A DNA stretch of 33,332 bases from positions 1 through 33,332 of the IMG/VR virus record IMGVR_UViG_3300043185_000046; one strand, given 5' to 3'. Below the pieces are notes generated by a model. The model worked only from the letters and a program-made list of their open reading frames with translations. It had not been told where the DNA came from and did no database searches. Positions 24,314 to 33,332 of the stretch are shown here, in pieces (the first letter of the stretch is position 1; each line of letters begins with the position of its first letter). The translations under genes were made by a program, and so were the position numbers. Source of the DNA: a virus (lineage: Duplodnaviria > Caudoviricetes).

Positions 24314-27300
24314 ATGAGCTACCTGTTGTCGCCTCTGGCACACGGTCTCAACGCCGTCTCTGGCCCGGCGCTGGACCTGCTGCACGACCAGTCGGCATAC
24401 GGGTATGGCGACGGGTATAGGCTCAGGCGGCACAGGCGGTCTCGCGACTTATCGCAGGGAGATATTGACTACCCGGCGCTCCCCGCCGACGAGCACAACA
24501 AGATTCTCCACGATGTTCTAGAGACCGGGATCGGGCTGGGGCAGTATCTGGGCGAGACTCTCGACAAGCCTGGGAGAGCAGTTCGAGGAATTGTCGGAGG
24601 GGTCACCGATCTGGCATCTGGGCAAGCCCCCAAATGGGGCGGCGGCCTGCTGAATCTCATTCCATTCAGCGACGCCTTCGGCCTGACAAGGGCGTCGGAG
24701 GGCGTCAGCGGCGGCGAGCTTCTTGAGAAGTGGGGGGCCGTTGGTCCCAACAGGGCCGGTCAGCTTGACTGGGGGTCAGATGTCGGCGGCATGTTTTTGG
24801 AGATGGCCCTCGACCCGTTGAATCTCGTCACGCTTGGCGGGGCGGCGATCGGCAAGGCTGGCAAGGCGCTCAAGGCCGCCGGCCTGCCTTATCGAGGCAT
24901 CAACAAGTTCAAGAAGGTCAAGGACATTCTTGCCGCTGCCGAGCCGCATCACCTCCCTGCGTTCCGCAAGGCGATCGAGGCGGAAGGCATCCCGTTTGAT
25001 CAATCGCTCGAAATGCAGGTCGGTGGCCTGTTCGGCATTCCGGCCATGTTCAAGGGCTACTCTCATATACCAAAAGCCGCAAGCGGTCCAACAGCCAGGA
25101 AAATCGCCGAAACCATTCATGCCGGGCGTGGATACATCGGTGCCTCCCCGCCAATGCGTCTGATGTCCGCGCTGTTCGACTATAGGAACATGGGGCAGGT
25201 CCACCCGGAGTTGCAGAAGGTGGCGCAGTCCCAGACTGGCGGCCTGGAAGCAGCCCAGCCCCAACTGCTCAGGCTCTACACATCCGCCTATCACCTACAG
25301 AACACCCTTCTTTCAGAGCTTCAGCAGTCGTACGGCAGGGAATTCGGCGACATGTTCAGTCAGGGGCTGTTCGACAGGATGATGCATCGCCTCACTCGAA
25401 TGAAGCTGGAAGGGCTGCCTGACGACGACGCCTGGCAAATCATCGAGCAGGGGTTCCCGTACATGGTCAGGGAGGGCAAGAAGTACCGGGTGCCACGCAA
25501 GCAGATTACACCGACTGACAAATTCAGCCTGCTTCCAGAAGAAGCAGAAGATGTCATCAACTCTGTGGCAGGCCCGAACATCTACGCGCAGTCTGGCATA
25601 CTCCAGGACAACATGCGGTACCTGTTTGGCGATCATGTGATTGATGAATACGGCAACATCGATGCCAATTACGTAAACTCGATTATCAGAAGTCCTGTCA
25701 GCGATAAGGCAGGCGCTCCCACATTGGGGCTGTTCGAGAAGGGCCTGTCTGCTGCGGACCAGAAGCGCGGCGTCATGTCCTTTACGTACAACGAACTCAA
25801 GAGGAGGGCTGCTCAGGCTCGGGCTGCTCTGGACGAGAGCAATGCTTTCCTGGATTCATACAGGGAAAAACGAGACAAATTGTTTGAAGGGTATCGCAAG
25901 GCTAATAAGCTGCCTTCCGGCTCGAAGCTCTCAATCCCTGCTCAATACGCCGCCACTGCCGGGCACCTCACTCCAGAGATGAATGACCGTGCCATAGCCC
26001 TAGTCAAGAGCGGCGGACTAGAATCACTTAAGAGGAGTGTTGCCGACCTCCAGACTCGCATGAAGGAAATGGATGTCATTCAGGAGTCATTTGATAAGTC
26101 AGTCGAGACCACTGTCAAAGAGACGTGGGAGAAGAAGCGACTGGCTCTTGCGCAGGACCCGCTGGGTCGCAACTTCTCCACGCAGCGTCCGCCGCCGGAA
26201 ATGATCGGCAAGATGGCCGATGCCTGGCGTCCGTATATCGATTTCGTTGACTCCTACTTCAATCGTTTTATCACCATGGGTGGCAAGGCCAAGGAGCTTC
26301 CGGCCAGCGAGTTCTTCCGACATCTGTACCGCAGCCCGATGGCCGAGCACGCGAAGAGCCTGAAAAGCTGGGCATATCGCATCTTCTCTCCCAGCTTCCC
26401 CGGAGCAAACCCTCGTTCCGACCCGCGCCGGTACTTGTGGACCGACGTGCTCGATTCCATCTACGCGGACAGAGACATTGCCACGGCAGTTACTAAAGGT
26501 CGCGATGCGGTGCTGGGCGTGCTGAACTCCAAATACTCCCAGTTCTTCCGCATGGCAGGCAAGAACAAGGGCGCACTCAAAGACCTGTTTCCGAAAGAGG
26601 ATGAACTCAACGCTCTGCTCGACAGCATCTCGGATGTACAGAAGGCTGAGTGGATGCCGCCTATTCCAGACATCGCCGACCTCCCCGAGGGAGTGCCCAC
26701 GCCGAAGCCAAAGCCGAGCGTTCAGGACAAGGAAATCAAGGGCGCCATAGCAATCGCCACCAAGCTGTCTGACGAACTCGTCAACAAGAAGCGGTTCGTC
26801 AAGAACATGCAGGAGAACTTCGAGCATCTGTATGGCACCAACATGTCTGACGACATGCTGAACTACGGCCACGGCGTTATGCGCTCCGTGTTCAACCTTC
26901 GGGGAATTCACGAAGCCCTGAGCGACAGCATCAATGTGCCTGGAGCAGGGTATAAACTGTCCGACGCTTTCGAGAGGATCGGGCTGGATAAGAAGCAGGC
27001 GCTCAAGCATTTCAGGAAGTTGTACGGCAATCACTTCACTGGGTTCGACAGGGTGCCCGAGCACATTGTCAGCGAGCTTGCCTCAATGACAAACAAGTCG
27101 CACAGCCCGCTGTGGAAGCGCATTATCACGGACTCCATCGGCAGGTTCACGCAGTGGTTCAAGGAGAACGTGACCGTGCCGTATCCTGGTTTCTGGAACA
27201 GGAACCACATCGGCGGGCAAACGATGAACTTTCTGTCCGGGATGATCACGTCCCCGAAGGACGCAGCCCGGTACGCGAAGCGCTACTTCGAGGCGGGAAA

Positions 27301-28732
27301 TATCGCCGAGAACCCCCAAGCGCATCAGGAGTTGATCACCGACGTTCTGGCGACCGGCCTTGTGAAGCCGAATATTCTTCAGTCCGTTGCCGAGCAGACT
27401 GACGACACGTATGGTTTCGGCGGCGGGCTCCTTTCTCGCGGCACGGTTCTCACGCCCAACGCCCCTGCGCGAATCCCATCCAGGCCTCCGCTCAGCGTGA
27501 ACCCGCATCTTGAATTTTCCCTTCGATATCCCAGCGTCGCGCCAACTGGATCTGGAAGCCTTGTGAGCCCCAGGGCCTGGGCGTCTGACGCAAGGCAGGC
27601 ATACGGCGCTGGTCTCAGCAGCCCGTGGGAGCTTTCCGGGTCAGGCACCGCCAAGGAGGACCTGATCCTTGGGAACCCGGTCTCACGCGCCGCAAGCAAG
27701 ATACCCCTGATTGGCGGCGCGCTCGACACGTCAGCGAGAGCGGCTGGCGCTACATGGAACTTCATGAGGAACTTTGGAACCAACGTATCAATCAGGATTG
27801 AGTGGCAGAACCGGGTACCGATGTACCTCTATCTGGTGAAGGACAAAGGATGGGATGCAGCTTCCGCAGCACGTTACGTCAACGAGCTTCAGGTTGACTA
27901 CTCGAAGCTGGCCCCGTTCGAGCGGGACTATATGTCCAAGCTCGTGCCGTTCTACACCTTCACCAGACGCACCGTGCCGATCATGTTCCGGCAACTGTTT
28001 GAGAGGCCTGGCGGGGCGACGGCCCGTGCCATCAGGCTGTCAAACATCAGCCGCGCGCAGGGCGACTACGTTCCCGCATACATTGGGGAGGGGTCATCCA
28101 TCCCGGTTCCTGGAGTGCAGAACGCTTACATCTCGCAGCTTGGCATTCCGACCGACCAGTTCTCTGAGTTGATGTCGTTCGGCCCCACTCCACGCTCGAC
28201 CGTGATGAGGACCATGCAGAAGCTCGGCGCTCAGACAACGCCCCTCCTCAAGGCGCTGCCGGAGATCGGACTTGGGTACAACCTGTACGCCGGGAAGACA
28301 GCGGAGAAGTTGCACCGGTGGCCCACCGACAGCATTCTCTTGAACACGCTGATCGGTGAGACCCCGGCTGGGCGCATGTCAACCACCATCAGGAACCTGC
28401 GTCCCGTCTTTGGGGCCGGAGAACCACACGACCGCAGCGTCCCTGCGGCCATCGGTAACTTCTTGGGGATTCGCACGCACGCTCTGCCAGGTGGTATGCA
28501 GCGCGAGGTGCAGATCGCCCAGCGCCGGCTGATGGAAGAGATTCTTCGGGAAGACCCGAACATCGGGCAGATGGTCAAGCCGTTCGTCAAGCCCGGCCAG
28601 AAACTGGGCGACGACACGAAGAAGCTGTGGCAGGTCTACCGTGAGGAGACCCGCAAGCTTGGGCTAGAGTCCCGCAAGAGGCGGGCAGACATCCTGAACG
28701 CGGTCAGGTTCGGGCAGCCAATACCCTACTGA
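24314..28732 (+). CDS. Large internal virion/ejection protein with shared N-terminal module
   Basis: 1472 aa, helical. LDKPGR..RG / SG.ELLE..G / DPLN module. PGFWNRNHIGG and VDYSKL..FE......VPFYTF typical of large podoviral ejection proteins. Confidence 0.75.
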   Translation: MSYLLSPLAHGLNAVSGPALDLLHDQSAYGYGDGYRLRRHRRSRDLSQGDIDYPALPADEHNKILHDVLETGIGLGQYLGETLDKPGRAVRGIVGGVTDLASGQAPKWGGGLLNLIPFSDAFGLTRASEGVSGGELLEKWGAVGPNRAGQLDWGSDVGGMFLEMALDPLNLVTLGGAAIGKAGKALKAAGLPYRGINKFKKVKDILAAAEPHHLPAFRKAIEAEGIPFDQSLEMQVGGLFGIPAMFKGYSHIPKAASGPTARKIAETIHAGRGYIGASPPMRLMSALFDYRNMGQVHPELQKVAQSQTGGLEAAQPQLLRLYTSAYHLQNTLLSELQQSYGREFGDMFSQGLFDRMMHRLTRMKLEGLPDDDAWQIIEQGFPYMVREGKKYRVPRKQITPTDKFSLLPEEAEDVINSVAGPNIYAQSGILQDNMRYLFGDHVIDEYGNIDANYVNSIIRSPVSDKAGAPTLGLFEKGLSAADQKRGVMSFTYNELKRRAAQARAALDESNAFLDSYREKRDKLFEGYRKANKLPSGSKLSIPAQYAATAGHLTPEMNDRAIALVKSGGLESLKRSVADLQTRMKEMDVIQESFDKSVETTVKETWEKKRLALAQDPLGRNFSTQRPPPEMIGKMADAWRPYIDFVDSYFNRFITMGGKAKELPASEFFRHLYRSPMAEHAKSLKSWAYRIFSPSFPGANPRSDPRRYLWTDVLDSIYADRDIATAVTKGRDAVLGVLNSKYSQFFRMAGKNKGALKDLFPKEDELNALLDSISDVQKAEWMPPIPDIADLPEGVPTPKPKPSVQDKEIKGAIAIATKLSDELVNKKRFVKNMQENFEHLYGTNMSDDMLNYGHGVMRSVFNLRGIHEALSDSINVPGAGYKLSDAFERIGLDKKQALKHFRKLYGNHFTGFDRVPEHIVSELASMTNKSHSPLWKRIITDSIGRFTQWFKENVTVPYPGFWNRNHIGGQTMNFLSGMITSPKDAARYAKRYFEAGNIAENPQAHQELITDVLATGLVKPNILQSVAEQTDDTYGFGGGLLSRGTVLTPNAPARIPSRPPLSVNPHLEFSLRYPSVAPTGSGSLVSPRAWASDARQAYGAGLSSPWELSGSGTAKEDLILGNPVSRAASKIPLIGGALDTSARAAGATWNFMRNFGTNVSIRIEWQNRVPMYLYLVKDKGWDAASAARYVNELQVDYSKLAPFERDYMSKLVPFYTFTRRTVPIMFRQLFERPGGATARAIRLSNISRAQGDYVPAYIGEGSSIPVPGVQNAYISQLGIPTDQFSELMSFGPTPRSTVMRTMQKLGAQTTPLLKALPEIGLGYNLYAGKTAEKLHRWPTDSILLNTLIGETPAGRMSTTIRNLRPVFGAGEPHDRSVPAAIGNFLGIRTHALPGGMQREVQIAQRRLMEEILREDPNIGQMVKPFVKPGQKLGDDTKKLWQVYREETRKLGLESRKRRADILNAVRFGQPIPY

Positions 28733-28926
28733 TACTGCTCGAAGTTACCGTGCCGCTGCTCGTCGGCCCCGCATTCGTGCGAGTGAACCAGCGTATCTCC
28801 GCCGCACTCGTGGGAGTGAATCAACTCGTCAGCGTGACACTCCGAGAAGCCGGGCCGGTAGAAGGGTCGCGACTCGACTGCCCCTACACCGAATTTCTTG
28901 AAGAAGAAGATCAGGTGCTGGAGCAC
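28726..28926 (-). CDS. Small His/Cys-rich hypothetical protein
   Basis: Fills the gap between convergent units. HSHECG twice, 33 bp apart. Confidence 0.5.
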   Translation of the reverse strand: MLQHLIFFFKKFGVGAVESRPFYRPGFSECHADELIHSHECGGDTLVHSHECGADEQRHGNFEQYQ

Positions 28927-29492
28927 GCTGGCCTCTTTGTGAGCGTCACCATGATGTCGGCCACTACATCCCAGTAGTGCTTCACGGCGAACTGCTTGGC
29001 CGCATCAGGCCGAGAGTTCCACTCCGGGTCAATGATGTTGTACCCGTACACGAAGTCGAAGTCGCATGTGATTGGGTATTGCTCCAGCTTGTTTTCAACC
29101 CGCCACTGCCTGTTGTAGTACAGGAAGCTCCACTCGCTGATGAACTGCTTGTGGGTTGGGTCCTGCCAGGCCCTGTGGTTCTTCAGGTATGGAGCCACAA
29201 CCACGCACTTCGCCCCCACCTTCATGATGCGCCAGAGTTCATTCATGAACATGGGCAGGTCCGGGACGTGCTCGATGAAGTGCTGTATCCGCACCTCGTC
29301 GATTGATTCATCTTCCCACGGCCACGGCAATACAAACAGATCGCACACCACGTCTACCTGATCGCCAGCCACGATGTCCACGCCAAGAAATCCAGGCTCT
29401 CGGCGGTCGCCGCACCCAAGGTCCAGTCTGATCAAAGCAGATGGAATCGGGGGCGTGACAATCGGAGTGGACGGTACCTCTAGCTCTTGCAT
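28911..29492 (-). CDS. Class I SAM-dependent methyltransferase
   Basis: RLDLGCG, GVD, VDVVCDL, PWPWEDES.DE, HFIEH, ELWRIMK.G, DPTH. TGATG overlap places the start at 29492. Confidence 0.88.
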   Translation of the reverse strand: MQELEVPSTPIVTPPIPSALIRLDLGCGDRREPGFLGVDIVAGDQVDVVCDLFVLPWPWEDESIDEVRIQHFIEHVPDLPMFMNELWRIMKVGAKCVVVAPYLKNHRAWQDPTHKQFISEWSFLYYNRQWRVENKLEQYPITCDFDFVYGYNIIDPEWNSRPDAAKQFAVKHYWDVVADIMVTLTKRPACSST

Positions 29493-29737
29493 CAAGACGG
29501 CTCGCACAGCAGGGTTACGTCCGACTGGATGATAGACGGCGCATCAGGATATGCCGACACGATGGCTATCGCCGCATCGATCATCCCGCCTCTGTTTTGC
29601 CCGGTGGTCTTCGTGAAGTCATACATGTACTCGCCATCCAGAACCAGCCCCGTGTCAGTGGCTACCTGAAGCCTGACGATCACCGACTTAAATCCAGGCT
29701 GAAACCCGCCCATCGACTGCACTAGACATTTCGCCAT
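29492..29737 (-). CDS. Hypothetical protein
   Basis: 81 aa, tightly packed between the GT and MTase genes. Confidence 0.65.
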   Translation of the reverse strand: MAKCLVQSMGGFQPGFKSVIVRLQVATDTGLVLDGEYMYDFTKTTGQNRGGMIDAAIAIVSAYPDAPSIIQSDVTLLCEPS

Positions 29738-29740
29738 AAA

Positions 29741-30463
29741 TCACCACCAGATGTCGTTGTCCGCGTCATAGTGCCCGACCCTGACGCGAGTGTCAACCCC
29801 GAACCTGGCACCCGCTGCTGCGGAAGCCTTCTCGCAGAACGCAAGGTCCTGCGTGTAGCATTTCGTTCCCTTGCCTTCTTCAAACTTCTGCATCGTCTCG
29901 AACCACGGTGGCGTGATCTTTTTGAAGAGTTCCATCTTGAAGAGCGCAAACCCCATGCCGATCCCATTGCACCGCATAATGCAGTTTGGGATCGGCATCT
30001 GTGGTATGAAGTTCTTCGGCAGCACGGAGGGGTTGCCATATATCATCGGCTGCCCCTCCTGCCCCTTCGTCCAATACATGCCGCTCAGGCCCTCGAATTG
30101 CTCGATGTTCTCGTACAGCTTCAGCAGCCCATCCGGCGGCGGGCCGTTGTCCTCCTCGATGGTCAGCACGTACTTCCATTTCGACAACTCGGGGCTGCCC
30201 AGAACACCTTCTATCATCGAGTTGTAGCTGTGCCCAACCTCCATCCCTATTCCAAAGAGTGGGCCTATCACCTTCTGGTTCATGGGCCTCATAAGCCCCA
30301 TCCAGGACTGCACAACCTTGGCGTGGATTGTGCCTCGCGTGGGGCAGATGATGACGGTGCTCAGATCCTCGTATGTTCTGGCCTGCCCGAGCCTGGAGAT
30401 GGACCTTCCAAGCTCGGCGTTGTGCGCCCCCTCTGTCGCCGGCATGACGATCTGCGGGTTCAT
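29741..30463 (-). CDS. GT-A (GT2-like) glycosyltransferase
   Basis: IICPTRG, YVLTIEEDN (DxD variant), GIGMGFALFK, PPWF, TQDLAFC, VDTRVRVGH. ATGA overlap gives start 30463. Confidence 0.82.
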   Translation of the reverse strand: MNPQIVMPATEGAHNAELGRSISRLGQARTYEDLSTVIICPTRGTIHAKVVQSWMGLMRPMNQKVIGPLFGIGMEVGHSYNSMIEGVLGSPELSKWKYVLTIEEDNGPPPDGLLKLYENIEQFEGLSGMYWTKGQEGQPMIYGNPSVLPKNFIPQMPIPNCIMRCNGIGMGFALFKMELFKKITPPWFETMQKFEEGKGTKCYTQDLAFCEKASAAAGARFGVDTRVRVGHYDADNDIWW

Positions 30464-32445
30464 GGAACCGTGAGGTTTTGAAAGCACATCATTAACGGTC
30501 GGCCAGCCAGGTTGTTGGTGCCAGTCAAATCGCTGAAGGCCATTGAATTTGGCAGGTTTGCCGATGTTGCCGAATAATACCCACGGCCAAGAAACAACTG
30601 CTGGCTGGCTGCATTGCTGCTGAACATTGGGCCGTGGTAGTGGTTGGCGAACATGTTCGCGGCCAGCCACGACGCGGTAAACCAGTTGTTGTTTGTCGTG
30701 CTCGTGCGAATGAGAGCAGCTACATAATACTCTCCAGGGTCTGCGTGCAGCGTTATTGGCACAGTAAAACCCTTAAGACCAGTAACAAGCGAGTGCGAGG
30801 TTGTTCCCGTCACGGTCCACTGATAGCTCTGGCTGCCGCTGGTCGCCAAGCTCATAGTGCTGGCGTTCTTCGTATATAGCCCGACGTGAACGGATACCAC
30901 TCCAGCGTAGCTTGAAGCCGCGTTGCTGCTACCTGATATAGACGCAGCCAACTGCACCATGCTCATGGACATCGGCCAGGGAACATACGCCGGCATCACC
31001 GTGATGCTTCCCTGGCCAACCGTGAAGGATGATATGCTTACGTGATTCGGCGCTCCGAATGGCGACCATGTTTGCAAGTGTGGTCGCGGCACGATCGTTA
31101 CGGAGGCAGACTCACCATCCACCGATCCCGACAGACCAATCCCGTGACTGCCTACAAGCACGAGCCTGTTCGAGACTGTGCCTGACGTGCCGCTGGTGTC
31201 ACCAAGATTCGACATCCCTGCGGAGAAGTTTCCAGCCCCGCCCGCACCGCCCGAAATCGTAATTGTTCCGCTCGCACCATCGAGTGACTGGCTCAGGGTG
31301 ATATTAGCTCCGCCGGCAAAAGCGAATCGCACCTGCGCACCAGACGCCATGCCTGTCGTGCCGCTGGTGTTGCCGAGATTCGACATGCCGATCGACTGGC
31401 TCTCGACCGACTGATTGAAGGCCGAGATCGTCACCGTGCCGCTCACACCGTCCAGCGATTGCGACAGCGTTACGTTGTTCCCACCGGCAAACAGGTATCT
31501 GACCTGATTCCCGGACACCACGCCCGTCGTACCAGACGTGTTGCCGAGATTCGACATGCCATGTGTGTTGCTCTCCGCCGACTGGCTGAACGCCGAGATC
31601 GTCACCGTGCCGCTTGCCCCATCCAGGCTCTGCGACAGGGTGATGTTGTTCCCGCCAGCCAGCACGTATCTTACCTGGGCACCGCTGGCGACCCCCGTAG
31701 TCCCCGATGTATTGCCTACATTCGACATGCCGATCGACTGGCTCTCGACCGACTGGTTGAATGCCGAGATCGTTACCGTGCCACTCGCCCCATCCACTGA
31801 CTGAGACAGCGTGACGTTGTTCCCGCCGGCAAGCACGTATCTTACCTGTGCTCCGCTGGCCATCCCGGTCGTGCCACTGGTATTGCCCACGTTGGACATA
31901 CCGATCGACTGGCTTTCGACCGACTGATTGAAGGCCGATACAGTTATCGTCCCTGATGCCCCGTCCACGCTCTGCGACAGCGTGACGTTATTTCCGCCGG
32001 CAAACAGGAACCTGACCTGAGCACCGCTCGCTATGCCAGTCGTACCCGAGGTGTTGCCCAGGTTCGACATGCCCAGGGATTGCGACTCAACCGACTGGTT
32101 GAATGCGCTGATCGTCACCGTGCCGCTGACCCCATCCACGCTTTGCGACAACGTGACATTGTTGCCGCCGGCAAACAGGTATCTGACAGCCGAGCCTGAG
32201 ACAACGCCGGTCGTGCCGCTGGTATTGCCCAGATTGGACATGCCCAGCGTATTAGACCCGGCACCGCCACCGCCTGCTGCTGCCGAGAGATAGATGCTGT
32301 GTACGCCGGCTGCCGCCGTACTCTCAGAGAGAGATACGTTATCGCTCCCCACCAGCACCCACGTACCGAATGACGTGCCGGTGTTGCCGCCGGTGTTGCC
32401 GCCTGTGGACAGGCCAAGTGCGACAGGTGGATAGAACAGGTTCAC
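30460..32445 (-). CDS. Repeat-containing fibre/spike-like virion protein
   Basis: S/G/T/N rich, 57-aa tandem repeats, distinct C-terminal beta domain. RBS ggag, GTG start. Confidence 0.75.
   Translation of the reverse strand: MNLFYPPVALGLSTGGNTGGNTGTSFGTWVLVGSDNVSLSESTAAAGVHSIYLSAAAGGGGAGSNTLGMSNLGNTSGTTGVVSGSAVRYLFAGGNNVTLSQSVDGVSGTVTISAFNQSVESQSLGMSNLGNTSGTTGIASGAQVRFLFAGGNNVTLSQSVDGASGTITVSAFNQSVESQSIGMSNVGNTSGTTGMASGAQVRYVLAGGNNVTLSQSVDGASGTVTISAFNQSVESQSIGMSNVGNTSGTTGVASGAQVRYVLAGGNNITLSQSLDGASGTVTISAFSQSAESNTHGMSNLGNTSGTTGVVSGNQVRYLFAGGNNVTLSQSLDGVSGTVTISAFNQSVESQSIGMSNLGNTSGTTGMASGAQVRFAFAGGANITLSQSLDGASGTITISGGAGGAGNFSAGMSNLGDTSGTSGTVSNRLVLVGSHGIGLSGSVDGESASVTIVPRPHLQTWSPFGAPNHVSISSFTVGQGSITVMPAYVPWPMSMSMVQLAASISGSSNAASSYAGVVSVHVGLYTKNASTMSLATSGSQSYQWTVTGTTSHSLVTGLKGFTVPITLHADPGEYYVAALIRTSTTNNNWFTASWLAANMFANHYHGPMFSSNAASQQLFLGRGYYSATSANLPNSMAFSDLTGTNNLAGRPLMMCFQNLTVP
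31090..32241 (-). repeat. 171-bp (57-aa) tandem repeat, 6 full units plus 1 degenerate
   Basis: MSNxGNTSGTTG...AGGNNVTLSQSxDGxSGTxTISA. Unit Met codons run from 32241 to 31215, exactly 6 x 171. Confidence 0.95.
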
Positions 32446-32455
32446 TTGGCTCCAC

Positions 32456-32902
32456 CTAAGCGGTGAGTTCCGTCACCCGTGCTGCGCCAGTACCGGGGTC
32501 TGTTGCCCAGATGCCCCTGATCTGCCCGGTGAACTGGTCTGGCGTATGATAGCATCCGTTGGGGTAGAGCTTCACCGTGTAGTTCGTGCTGCTTACCGTG
32601 GTTGTCCCCAACCCCAGGTACAGCACGTCTGTTGAATCGTTGAACACCACCGCCCCCAGCCTGCTGCTGCTGGACGCAAGAATCAACGTATCGCTAGCCG
32701 TGTCAGCTACTTGCGTTCTGGTGCCAGTCGATGACGACTGCTTCTTGATGGGCATTGGATTAGACGAGGATACGTCCCCGTCACTCGTGCCGTCTGCCCC
32801 GATGACCACCTTCGTCCGTGGATAAAACACGGACGAGATGTCATCCGCCGCCCAGTTTGTGCCGGCTACGACAACAGCTTCTGACTGTACATTGTCCGCC
32901 AT
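32456..32902 (-). CDS. Putative virion protein
   Basis: MADNV...AADDI......K...GADG...DVSSSNPMP, then a small beta-sandwich-like C-terminus. Confidence 0.75.
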   Translation of the reverse strand: MADNVQSEAVVVAGTNWAADDISSVFYPRTKVVIGADGTSDGDVSSSNPMPIKKQSSSTGTRTQVADTASDTLILASSSSRLGAVVFNDSTDVLYLGLGTTTVSSTNYTVKLYPNGCYHTPDQFTGQIRGIWATDPGTGAARVTELTA

Positions 32903-33237
32903 CAGTCGTTCCCCTCGCGTTCTGCCCTAAGTTCTTGCCTCAGAACATGAAGCATCTGCTCTAGAACCAGCACGCAAGCCATGCCGCGATTGCCTATTTC
33001 GAGTCCATGTGGCACCCACATGCACCTTTCAAAGTGCTCCTTAAGTTCGTGTATAGCATCGTCCGGCGACACCTTGTATCCCCCGAACGAGATGATTTTA
33101 CAGCCTGCTGCATACCCCCGATAGACATTATGCGCACCGATTCGCGCACACCTTGGTACCCGAGAAGGTTGACAGTCCCACCCCACCCCACAAAGGCTGA
33201 ACGTACAATCATCCTTCGCGGGGGGTCGCGTTCCCAC
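32902..33237 (-). CDS. Hypothetical protein (start uncertain)
   Basis: TGATG coupling to the next gene supports the 3' part. The 5' part overlaps a hairpin repeat. Confidence 0.35.
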   Translation of the reverse strand: MGTRPPAKDDCTFSLCGVGWDCQPSRVPRCARIGAHNVYRGYAAGCKIISFGGYKVSPDDAIHELKEHFERCMWVPHGLEIGNRGMACVLVLEQMLHVLRQELRAEREGND

Positions 33238-33296
33238 GCGATGGCGGAGTCAATGATTCTCCCACAAAGGCTGAACGCGCAATCATCCTTCGCGGG
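33187..33296 (-). repeat. Two 36-bp hairpin-forming direct repeats separated by 38 bp
   Basis: cccacaaaggctgaacg(ta/cg)caatcatccttcgcggg at 33187-33222 and 33261-33296. Confidence 0.9.
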
Positions 33297-33332
33297 CCCC
33301 GGCGGTTAGAGTGTATGGGTTCATGGTGGACC

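Larger units (their letters stand above)
1..33332. mobile_element. Podovirus-like (Caudoviricetes) phage/prophage structural region, likely planctomycete host
   Basis: Capsid, terminase, portal, adaptor, nozzle and ejection-type genes are tightly coupled (many ATGA/TGATG overlaps). No tape measure or sheath gene recognised. DUF1580-like gene present. Confidence 0.93.

Noticed and set aside
26099-27064. 321-aa antisense ORF
   Set aside because: Antisense shadow of the ejection gene caused by codon bias.
30464-30670. Extended start of the second GT
   Set aside because: It overlaps the fibre C-terminus. ATGA coupling supports 30463.
33187-33296. Formal CRISPR array call
   Set aside because: Only two copies, no cas genes and no recognised repeat family. 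Kept as a repeat and a finding.
1-33332. tRNA/rRNA, integrase, lysis, replication genes and terminal repeats
   Set aside because: None recognised by eye. The ggtggacc shared near both ends is too short to show circularity.

Overview
The whole window reads as the virion-morphogenesis part of a podovirus-like tailed phage or prophage. The host is probably a planctomycete, judged from the DUF1580-like HTH gene at the left end. The + strand carries scaffold, major capsid, decoration protein, a glycosyltransferase-methyltransferase fusion, a possible TerS, TerL, portal, adaptor, small virion proteins, a nozzle protein and several internal/ejection proteins (1248-28732). A convergent - strand module encodes a 57-aa-repeat fibre, a second glycosyltransferase and a second methyltransferase (28726-33237). 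No replication, integrase, lysis, tRNA or cas genes were recognised. Most notable: (1) three large genes share one N-terminal module fused to unrelated cargo (ART-PolyVal-like, an EExQSD polyvalent-type domain, and the main ejection protein), suggesting a tag-based system for loading and injecting effectors; (2) a two-locus glycosylation/methylation system that may modify the virion; (3) a nozzle gene apparently split into two pieces 3.6 kb apart; (4) a candidate -1 frameshift at A_AAA_AAG that yields a tandem-domain protein; (5) an inverted cassette of two overlapping genes with its own promoter; (6) structured non-coding repeats at both ends. All product calls come from motifs and synteny read by eye; no searches were run.
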